From the IMG/VR virus record IMGVR_UViG_3300025674_000002: a stretch of DNA of 64,000 nucleotides; one strand, given 5' to 3'. Positions 32,838 through 40,048 of the stretch are shown here, in pieces (the stretch's first letter is position 1; each line of letters begins with the position of its first letter). Origin of the DNA: a virus. Position numbers and translations under genes: made by a program. The notes under the pieces are model-generated. The model was not told the DNA's origin, did not search any database, and worked only from the letters and a program-made list of their open reading frames with translations.

Positions 32838-33143
32838 ATGATGTCTGCAGCAGCGTCGGCCAGGGATGGTCGGCGCTGTTGTATCATCTGCCATACTCCC
32901 GAAAGTCAGAAGGAGATGGTGGCAGATTTCCCTGCGGTCGCGAAAGAAGTCGGGTTCAAATACCGGCAGAAAGGAAACCTATTCCACGCTCGTCGTGGCA
33001 ACGGAAACGTGGACTTCCTACTCCCGGAAGAGATGGAAAAGAAACACGGCAAGAAGAAAACTCACATCGAAATCAAAGGGATACTCGAGGACCATGTCAA
33101 GGGAAGATTTCGAGATATTCAAGGACCGCGAGGCAGAGCGTAA
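32838..33143 (+). CDS. hypothetical protein, tandem paralog 2
   Basis: RRCCIICHTPESQKEMVADFPAVAKEVGFKYRQKGNLFHARRGNGNVDFLLP. Confidence 0.5.
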   Translation: MMSAAASARDGRRCCIICHTPESQKEMVADFPAVAKEVGFKYRQKGNLFHARRGNGNVDFLLPEEMEKKHGKKKTHIEIKGILEDHVKGRFRDIQGPRGRA

Positions 33144-33351
33144 AGAGCGGCGTCGCCAACGTTTAGCCAATGCCGAGACCGACGGCTGGAACCGGTACGC
33201 CGACACGCATTTCTGGCTTCAGCTTCCGGGCGGGAAGATCGACTGGTGGCCGAGTGCGAACAAGTGGTGCTACCAGAAGAAGTACTATCGCGGCGGCCTG
33301 CCTCAGCGGATACGTGACCTCATATCCGAGACTCTTGCTGCACGAGGGTAA
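33094..33351 (+). CDS. hypothetical protein
   Basis: 85 aa, MSREDFEIFKDREAERKERRRQRL.. Confidence 0.45.
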   Translation: MSREDFEIFKDREAERKERRRQRLANAETDGWNRYADTHFWLQLPGGKIDWWPSANKWCYQKKYYRGGLPQRIRDLISETLAARG

Positions 33352-33366
33352 GGTTTTTCGGGGGTA

Positions 33367-33395
33367 TTTACTTCCGGAAAATTTTGGGATATAAT
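33367..33395 (+). promoter_or_regulatory. class II promoter (TTTACT-17-TATAAT)
   Basis: TTTACTTCCGGAAAATTTTGGGATATAAT. Confidence 0.5.
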
Positions 33396-33424
33396 GAGAA
33401 TTCGCGTTTGTGAAGGAAACGACC

Positions 33425-34057
33425 ATGTACGACAATCCAGACCATGACTGGGTAGCAGTGATTTATCCGCAGACGGGGGCAGTCCGTCTGCATCGGGACG
33501 TCGAGTCGGCGCAGCAAACGATTTCGTGGCGGTCCTGGCCGAACTACATCTTCAAGAACAAGAATGCCTTGAGAGCTTGGTCCCATATGGACCTCGAAGT
33601 TCTCTGGGTTCTTATCTATCAGTTTACGGAATGGCGCCACCCTCGCACGGCCCTCGGCCCCTTCCTCGAGACTGATCAGTACGCACCCGACTGCGGTACG
33701 GAAGAACTGCTGGATCGTATGTGGGATATGATCCAACGTCGGTGCGATCGAGTTCTGGGACCCATGGGTTCCGAGGTACGGCGTAAGACGTTTTACGAGA
33801 TCAACCTGGAATACCTGCGGCCGCTCGCAGAAAACATTGCTGTGTTTAAGGCAACGTTCAATCGGCAGGCGCGGACGATCCTCAGCGAACTCGTTAAACG
33901 TGGCAAGCGCTACTACGAGGAAGAGGAATTCCGGCTGATGATGAACGAGTTGGTGGCCACAAGAACACTGAAGACGAAGCAGGACCCCTTCCTCATCTTC
34001 CAGTACTACCGTCCGACCTTCATTGACTACGGTATCGTGTCTCGTGGTGGTCAGTAA
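33425..34057 (+). CDS. first-cistron family relative (winged-helix-like C-terminus)
   Basis: GAAGGAAACGACC ATG; C-terminus ..KQDPFLIFQYYRPTFIDYGIV echoes LFAYYRKKMEEFGL of the 13602/16461 pair. Confidence 0.5.
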   Translation: MYDNPDHDWVAVIYPQTGAVRLHRDVESAQQTISWRSWPNYIFKNKNALRAWSHMDLEVLWVLIYQFTEWRHPRTALGPFLETDQYAPDCGTEELLDRMWDMIQRRCDRVLGPMGSEVRRKTFYEINLEYLRPLAENIAVFKATFNRQARTILSELVKRGKRYYEEEEFRLMMNELVATRTLKTKQDPFLIFQYYRPTFIDYGIVSRGGQ

Positions 34058-36366
34058 TGGTCACCGCTGCAGATATCGAGAGCATTGCCAGGTCTCTAGG
34101 CGGTGGCAAAGAATCGAAGACCTCGACAGGTTGGAAGACTCTCTGCCCCGCTCATGTTGACTCTCAGCCATCGCTTGTCATCAGCCTCGGGGCTGGTGGC
34201 AAGATGCTATGTAAATGCCACAGCGGGTGTACATTCGATCAGGTTAAGGATGCTCTGAAGGATCAGAAACTCCTGCCTGATACGGAAAGAAAGAAGTCGG
34301 ACAAGGCGAAGAAGCAGGATACGGTTACCGTACTCATTCCTGTTCCTGAACACGCCCCTGATCCGCAAACCATCGTCAATCGTAAATTCGGCAAACCCAC
34401 CAAGGTGTGGGAATACCGGAACATATACAACGAACTGATCTTCTGCTGCGCCCGCTTCGATTACGTCGACGAAGAAGGCAAGCGCAAGAAAGAAATGTTT
34501 CCGTATTGCTACGTCAAGGATGACAAGGGCAACGAATACTGGAAACCCAAGGGCGCGCCTTATGACAAGGTGAAGCTCACCCTCTACAACGCGCATCTGC
34601 TCCCACTCAGACCCGATGATCCGGTGGTCATGGTCGAAGGAGAGAAGTGCGCTGACTACGGTAACAAGCACTTCGGAGATAAGTTCATCTTCATGTGCTG
34701 GTCAGGCGGTGGTAACGGCTTTGCGAAGTCGGACTTCACTGTGCTGAACGGCCGTACCGTTATCATGTGGCCCGATGCCGACGATCCCGGTATGAAGGCG
34801 ATGATCAATCTCGGCGCTCTCTTGACCCAAGAGCCTGGGACGATCACGAACGACGTTCGGTTGGTGACGTTGCCACAGGGACTCCCACGTGGATGGGACA
34901 TCGCTGACGAGATACCGGGTGGCATCCAACTCGATATCTTCGAGCGGATTATCAGCGCCCAGAAGTACGTCAATCCGACCGAGGAAATCATCAGCATCTT
35001 CAACAAGAAGTATGCTGTAATGGTAGAGCAGGGCAACGTCTCAGTCGTACAGTTCGACAAAGACGGTAACCTTCTCGATGGCGCGTTCAAGAAAACCGCG
35101 TTCTTCGACGCCATCAAAGAATATGCAGATGTGGTGGTTGATAAGAAGGAAATCCCCGCTCCGGAGTATTGGTTCAACCATCCTGACAGACGTCAGTACG
35201 ATGGCTATTGCTTCGACACCGAGAAAGGACGAGACGTCGAGACAGAAGATGGTCTGTTCCTGAATCGTTGGGCTGGGTACATGTACACAGCGACTGAGCG
35301 AGGCGATTGGTCGATCCTGCGCGACCACATTTATCGTAACCTGGCTCGAGATAATGAGGATCACGGGAACTGGATCATCGCTTGGTTTGCCCATCTGATG
35401 AAGTATCCCAGAGGTCGGCCCAACAAGAAGGTTCCAGGCACGTTCCGTCGTCTTGGTACTGCGATGGCCGTCATCGGCGATCAAGGCACAGGCAAGTCCG
35501 TGGTGGGAGAACACATGGGCAAGCTGTTGGGCAAGCATTATCTGTCCACGAGCGATGAACACACGATCTTTACCAATTTCAACTTCCACTTGCGAGACGT
35601 GGTTCTGTTGCAGGCGGATGAAGCGATCTTCACTGGCAACAAGAAAATCGCCAACAGACTCAAAGGCCTGGTCACGGGTGAGGAACTCCAAATCGAGAAC
35701 AAGGGCTTCAATATCATCACGTGTCCGAACATGGTTCACATGTACATGACGTCCAACGACGACCATGTGATCAACGCGTCGGGCAACGAACGTCGGTACG
35801 GCGTCTTCCTTGTCTCCCAAGAGAACCAGCGCGATCATGCCTTCTTCCAAGCGATGGAAGACGAACTCTTGGCTGGTGGTTACGAGCGTCTGCTGTACGA
35901 TCTGCTGAACTTCGACTTCAGTATCGCTGATCCAGCGAAGGTGCCGGAAACCGAAGCTCTGAGAACTCAGAAGGCAATGTCGCTTTCGCCGTTCAACTCC
36001 TTCCTGCAGTCGCTGCTGCTGAACGGTCGGTACGATGATGTGTCGCTTAACGGTGGCGGTGAGGTCTACACGATCTACGAGCTGTATCAGGCATACCTGA
36101 AGTACGTCAAGGATCGCGGAGACAGGTTCCCTGACGACATATCCACGTTCCAGATCAAGATGCAGGATGTGCTGCAGCATAGGACGTCGGTCGTACGCAA
36201 GCCGAGAGGGCTGAGCCTCAAGTTCGATGATCTGCGGTCATGCCGTATCGCCTTCTGCAACAAGCTGGGTCTCGACATCGATTGGTACGACGATCCTCTG
36301 CTGATCGAACATGACCGCCAAGAGCGTACTAGGGAGCCGAAGGCAGAGGAGGAAATTCCCTTCTAG
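34057..36366 (+). CDS. bifunctional DNA primase / SF3 (D5/P4-type) helicase
   Basis: Zn motif CPAHVDSQPS..CKCHSGC, TOPRIM VVMVEGEKCADY..WPDADDPG, Walker A VIGDQGTGKS, Walker B VLLQADEA; ends EEEIPF. Confidence 0.85.
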   Translation: MVTAADIESIARSLGGGKESKTSTGWKTLCPAHVDSQPSLVISLGAGGKMLCKCHSGCTFDQVKDALKDQKLLPDTERKKSDKAKKQDTVTVLIPVPEHAPDPQTIVNRKFGKPTKVWEYRNIYNELIFCCARFDYVDEEGKRKKEMFPYCYVKDDKGNEYWKPKGAPYDKVKLTLYNAHLLPLRPDDPVVMVEGEKCADYGNKHFGDKFIFMCWSGGGNGFAKSDFTVLNGRTVIMWPDADDPGMKAMINLGALLTQEPGTITNDVRLVTLPQGLPRGWDIADEIPGGIQLDIFERIISAQKYVNPTEEIISIFNKKYAVMVEQGNVSVVQFDKDGNLLDGAFKKTAFFDAIKEYADVVVDKKEIPAPEYWFNHPDRRQYDGYCFDTEKGRDVETEDGLFLNRWAGYMYTATERGDWSILRDHIYRNLARDNEDHGNWIIAWFAHLMKYPRGRPNKKVPGTFRRLGTAMAVIGDQGTGKSVVGEHMGKLLGKHYLSTSDEHTIFTNFNFHLRDVVLLQADEAIFTGNKKIANRLKGLVTGEELQIENKGFNIITCPNMVHMYMTSNDDHVINASGNERRYGVFLVSQENQRDHAFFQAMEDELLAGGYERLLYDLLNFDFSIADPAKVPETEALRTQKAMSLSPFNSFLQSLLLNGRYDDVSLNGGGEVYTIYELYQAYLKYVKDRGDRFPDDISTFQIKMQDVLQHRTSVVRKPRGLSLKFDDLRSCRIAFCNKLGLDIDWYDDPLLIEHDRQERTREPKAEEEIPF

Positions 36367-36406
36367 GGCAGACTAGGCTAGTTTTCATTTTCGGTAAAAA
36401 AGTTGT

Positions 36407-36434
36407 TTACATGAAATGAAACATATGATATTCT
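36407..36434 (+). promoter_or_regulatory. class II promoter
   Basis: TTTACA-16 nt-TATTCT preceded by TG (TATGATATTCT). Confidence 0.45.
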
Positions 36435-36493
36435 GTTCTTGTTGATCGAAAAGATCACTTTGGAAAATGAGAAACCTAACCAAGGAGAACGAC

Positions 36494-36871
36494 ATGTCGA
36501 ACAAGTTCAAGATGACGAAGGCGATCCCGGCCGATTTCAAGGCCGCGCCCCAGATGCTTCTGATCCTCCAGACCCTCGCCGGCATCGGCATCAACAAGGA
36601 AGTCACCACCGAAGAGCTGACCAAGGCGGTCGTCGACTCCGGCAAGCTCGTGACCCGGCAGCCGCCGGAGCGCATCGTCGGCTACTACACGAAGCCGATC
36701 AGCGAGCTGGATTTCGTCGAGGTCGAGAAGGTCGCCGCCGCTCCGAAGCCGAAGGCCGACAAGGCTGCCAAGGCGGGCGACGCCCCGCAGGTCGCGAAGC
36801 CCGGCAAGCCCACTCCGGCCGGCGCCGCCCAGCCCGCTTCCCCGGCGAAGCCGGCAACCCCGGCGGCTTAA
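36494..36871 (+). CDS. first-cistron family relative with Ala/Lys/Pro histone-H1-like tail
   Basis: ACCAAGGAGAACGAC ATG; ..RIVGYYTKPISELDFVEVEKV then AAAPKPKADKAAKAGDAPQVAKPGKPTPAGAAQPASPAKPATPAA. Confidence 0.6.
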   Translation: MSNKFKMTKAIPADFKAAPQMLLILQTLAGIGINKEVTTEELTKAVVDSGKLVTRQPPERIVGYYTKPISELDFVEVEKVAAAPKPKADKAAKAGDAPQVAKPGKPTPAGAAQPASPAKPATPAA

Positions 36872-36898
36872 TACCTGGATTTCGGCGAGCATCTATAG

Positions 36899-36934
36899 CG
36901 CCTGTAGGGTAACTCCTGCAGGCGTTGTAGTATT
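36899..36934 (+). terminator. intrinsic terminator
   Basis: CGCCTGTAGG-GTAACT-CCTGCAGGCG then TTGTAGTATT. Confidence 0.5.
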
Positions 36935-36985
36935 CGGATGACTTTGGTGGGTGTCTCTCGTGGTCAAATGACCACCTTCAAGTAC

Positions 36986-37067
36986 CATTTAGTGGAAAAC
37001 GGTGGCATCCCTATTAAACATCCGGGGCCTTTGGTGTGGACAATTACACTGGACCACCCGGGAAATT
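36986..37067 (+). repeat. ~80-nt non-coding repeat, copy 2
   Basis: TTAGTGGAAAACGGTGGCATCCCTATTAAACATCCGGGGCCTTTGGTGTGGACAATTACACT.. Confidence 0.7.
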
Positions 37068-37152
37068 TTATGATCAATGCCAAGCGTCGGTCATTTTCAC
37101 CGACTCGAAAAAAAGAATTGTACTTTCGAATCTTCTTATGTTATATTGTAAG

Positions 37153-37262
37153 GGTGATCGGAACTCCGGACCTCCTCCCCCCTGAGACTCCCACCGATTA
37201 CACTCGCGCGCGCTGGACCGTGGTTTCTTGGTCGTTTCTCCGGGCTGGCGCGCGCGTTTTAG
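37153..37262 (+). ncRNA. candidate small RNA with CCUCCUCCCCCC tract
   Basis: TTGTAC-17-TTATAT promoter at 37118-37146, no ORF, ends in a long GC hairpin (CGCGCGCGCTGG..CTGGCGCGCGCG) plus TTTT at 37205-37260. Confidence 0.3.
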
Positions 37263-37471
37263 TATCCAGAATTGGATACAGCTCGGCCCCCGGCCCAAGA
37301 CTCTAGATTATGGGGGATCAGCGAATGGTCAGAGCTTCTAGAGGCCTACGTTCTCTAGACTCCTCGGCGGATCACTGGGCGAAGTCCTCTTTCGACGGAG
37401 GTATCGCGCTCAGTACGGATCAGCTCAGCCACTCGATAGGACTGAATATAGTGCATCTTGTTTCACATGTA

Positions 37472-37530
37472 CACCCTCAGAGCAAAATAATTTTACCGGG
37501 GTGACCTACCGATAAATTGTGTGATATTAT
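37472..37530 (+). promoter_or_regulatory. weak hairpin + class I promoter cassette D
   Basis: CACCCT..AGCAAAATAATTTTA..CCGGGGTGACCT-N14-TGATATTAT; followed by 5' UTR hairpin GTAGAGAA-TG-TTCTCTAC. Confidence 0.45.
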
Positions 37531-37575
37531 GAATACAGTAGAGAATGTTCTCTACCAACATGCCGAGAGTACGCA

Positions 37576-37989
37576 ATGATCACATCCACTTCGCGTAGGT
37601 GTTCACGTGAGGCCATTCGGAACCGCAGCACTTCTCCGAACTGGCTGGATCAATTCAAGGACGGAGCCGAGATCATTATCTGGCCTCCGTTAATCAATGA
37701 GGAAAACATGAGGCAAGTTTCTTTCTCGCTGGTGAAGGTCGAGGGCAACTTCGTCTACATCTCCGATGACGGACTCCCTGGGTTCGCGTCGGTCACAAAT
37801 CAGGCGGAGCACGTCGTCGAGACGCTCATCAGCCAGTGGGGTCCCGACAAGCGGTTCTTCTACCGTGACACGATGTTCGTGTGGGATGAGCTCTGTCACG
37901 ATGGTACGAAGTTTACGGACTTCAAACCCGTCGACAACCGCGAGCACGAGGATTTCCTCGGGCAGGTCATTCTGAAGGATGCCGGCTGA
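37576..37989 (+). CDS. hypothetical protein
   Basis: 137-aa ORF; alternative start ATG 37708 behind GAGGAAAAC. Confidence 0.5.
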   Translation: MITSTSRRCSREAIRNRSTSPNWLDQFKDGAEIIIWPPLINEENMRQVSFSLVKVEGNFVYISDDGLPGFASVTNQAEHVVETLISQWGPDKRFFYRDTMFVWDELCHDGTKFTDFKPVDNREHEDFLGQVILKDAG

Positions 37990-38579
37990 TGTTCAAGCAA
38001 CTCCAGGAGAAGATCGGAGACTGGGTCGCCGGCACGTTCGGCTACGAGGTACTCGCCGACAAGCAGGAACGCAATGCGCGTTTCTTCGAGGAAGTCGTCG
38101 AGCTCATGCAGGTTCGCGGCATGACCGTGGCCGAGATGGTCGCGATCATCCATGACAAGATGACGAAGCCGGTCGGCGAGCTCGATCAGGAAGTCGGTGG
38201 TGTGTTGATCACGTTCCTCGCTCTGTGCGAGTCGGGCGACGTCGATGTCGATACCGCTTACGCGAACGAATGGAACCGCGTCCAGCCGATGGAAGTGCGG
38301 AACCGGATTGCCGCGAAATCGGCGCTCAAGCTTCCCAACTACGAAGCGCCGGAAGAAGACGGCAAGATCGGCGTCATCGAGTTCGAGTACGTCAACCACG
38401 AAAACAAGCGCGGGAAGCGCAGGATCGTCCCGCTCTATCCCTGGTACGGCAACAGCGAATGGTACCCGAAGTACCGTCATGCTGAGTGGTTCATCCGGGG
38501 TCTCGACATCGAGAAAAACGTGGTGCGGGACTTCATGATCGACCGCATGGCGTTCGTCGACCACATGGGTGCCCGCTAA
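37989..38579 (+). CDS. MazG-like NTP pyrophosphohydrolase domain fused to a WYL-like domain
   Basis: N-half ERNARFFEEVVELMQ..ELDQEVGGVLITFLALCESGDVDVD (MazG EExxE / E..D pattern); C-half IEFEYVNHENKRGKRRIVPLYPW..AEWFIRGLDIEKNVVRDFMIDRM (WYL-like). Confidence 0.5.
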   Translation: MFKQLQEKIGDWVAGTFGYEVLADKQERNARFFEEVVELMQVRGMTVAEMVAIIHDKMTKPVGELDQEVGGVLITFLALCESGDVDVDTAYANEWNRVQPMEVRNRIAAKSALKLPNYEAPEEDGKIGVIEFEYVNHENKRGKRRIVPLYPWYGNSEWYPKYRHAEWFIRGLDIEKNVVRDFMIDRMAFVDHMGAR

Positions 38580-39259
38580 TGACGGTGGTAGCGGTCATCG
38601 ACAGTGAGACCACTGTCCCACCAGATCAGAACGAGCCGAAGGAAGTCGTCGAGGTAGCGGCGGTTTTCGTGGACTGCGACACCAAGGAAGTCGTGCATCA
38701 GTACAGCTCCTTGGTCAAACCCACCAAGTCCATTACGGCTCGGGCGTCGGCCATCCACCATATCACAGATCGTGAGGTGGCCGACGCTCCCGCATACGAC
38801 GACGCCATGATGCCGATCCTCGAATACTCGTTCGAGTACGCTGTCGCACACAATGCGAAGTTCGACAGCGAGGTAATCGATCTGGGAGACATTCCCTGGA
38901 TTTGCACCTACAAGATGGCGTCACGTCTGTTCCCCGATTTCGACTGTCATTCCAACCAGTGTCTTCGGTACGAACTCGGACTCCCGGCCCCCGAGTCGGG
39001 ACTCCATGCTCATCGCGCTCTGTATGACGCGCAGGTGACGGCGATGTTGTTCCTCCATATCCTGGGCTTGACCAGCGTCGACAATCCGCTTGAAGCTATG
39101 GCCAAGATCAGCCAGCGTCCGGTCCTTCTCCGCAAGTGTATGTTCGGGAAGCACGCCGGCATGCGCTGGGACGAGGTTCCGAAGTCGTATCTCGCCTGGA
39201 TACTCAAGACGGGCGGCTTCGACGAGGACGTGATGTACACGGCGAGGCACTACGCATGA
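38579..39259 (+). CDS. DEDDh (DnaQ/epsilon-like) 3'-5' exonuclease with C-terminal FGKH..P..YL.W motif
   Basis: VIDSETT (Exo I), AHNAKFD (Exo II), HRALYDA (Exo III, DEDDh); C-terminal CMFGKHAGMRWDEVPKSYLAWIL. Confidence 0.75.
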   Translation: MTVVAVIDSETTVPPDQNEPKEVVEVAAVFVDCDTKEVVHQYSSLVKPTKSITARASAIHHITDREVADAPAYDDAMMPILEYSFEYAVAHNAKFDSEVIDLGDIPWICTYKMASRLFPDFDCHSNQCLRYELGLPAPESGLHAHRALYDAQVTAMLFLHILGLTSVDNPLEAMAKISQRPVLLRKCMFGKHAGMRWDEVPKSYLAWILKTGGFDEDVMYTARHYA

Positions 39260-39591
39260 CACAACTCGGGTTCGATTTCGTCGAGGTGAATACGCTCGTC
39301 GCTACTCAGAAGAAGCCCGAGCGTCTTGTCATCAGCAATCATGAGTCGCCCGTTCAGCGGGCGATCCATTGCATACTCTGGGGAACGCAATACCTGGAGC
39401 TCAACGACTGGCAGAAGTCGGTCATGTGGACGCATCTTCGCTATCGCGAGGATGCTGCGCTCAAGATGACCGACGAAGGTCGGATGTTCGAGCTGGCCTA
39501 CATCATGGGATTTTTGGAATGTGAGTCAATCATGACTCGCACGATGATGTGTAAGATCGCACGCGAGGAAGGCTGTGTCATCCCAGAATAG
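39256..39591 (+). CDS. hypothetical protein
   Basis: ATGA overlap; 111 aa. Confidence 0.5.
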   Translation: MTQLGFDFVEVNTLVATQKKPERLVISNHESPVQRAIHCILWGTQYLELNDWQKSVMWTHLRYREDAALKMTDEGRMFELAYIMGFLECESIMTRTMMCKIAREEGCVIPE

Positions 39592-39600
39592 GAGCAAGCT

Positions 39601-39885
39601 ATGGCTGATATTACAGACCTGGGTTTGACGCCAATGCAGATTGAGCGTCGGATAATCGAGGAAGAAAACCGCCGTATCGACGAGGAAGCTGTGGATCGTT
39701 TCGCAGCTGCGATGAAGGAGAAGCTGGCCAAGAAGCGGCGTGACGGCCGTGGTGGTTGGTATCTGAAGTCGTGCCTGAGCACCGATCTCAGCACCATGCT
39801 CCGCGACCACATCGACAAGGGCGATCCCGTCGACGTCGCCAACTTCTGTATGATGATCCACCAGAAGGGTGACAAGATCACGTAG
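39601..39885 (+). CDS. hypothetical protein
   Basis: 94-aa ORF behind AGGAGCAAGCT. Confidence 0.55.
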   Translation: MADITDLGLTPMQIERRIIEEENRRIDEEAVDRFAAAMKEKLAKKRRDGRGGWYLKSCLSTDLSTMLRDHIDKGDPVDVANFCMMIHQKGDKIT

Positions 39886-39914
39886 GACACTTTACGTCAT
39901 CCGTAAAATAGTCG

Positions 39915-39946
39915 TTTACTTGGCGTGAAAATCGTGATACTATAAT
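39915..39946 (+). promoter_or_regulatory. class II promoter for the nucleotide-modification operon
   Basis: TTTACTTGGCGTGAAAATCGTGATACTATAAT. Confidence 0.5.
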
Positions 39947-39961
39947 GACAGGCAGCCAAAA

Positions 39962-40026
39962 GGAAACGACCATGTAATCCAATCGCCATCGCACCCGTCT
40001 CAGTATTCTGTGGCGGGTTTTCTTTT
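39962..40026 (+). promoter_or_regulatory. leader: SD + ATG-TAA start-stop mini-ORF + intrinsic terminator
   Basis: AGGAAACGACC ATG TAA (39972-39977); hairpin CCCGTCTCAG-TATT-CTGTGGCGGG (39994-40017) then TTTTCTTTT. Confidence 0.55.
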
Positions 40027-40048
40027 ATCATAGCCAAGGAGAACAGAA

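Noticed and set aside
36439-36912. 157-aa ORF overlapping 36494-36871 in another frame
   Set aside because: The translation is an Arg/Gly/Pro/Gln string. The 36494 frame has the standard ACCAAGGAGAACGAC ATG leader and a sensible folded domain plus an AKP tail.
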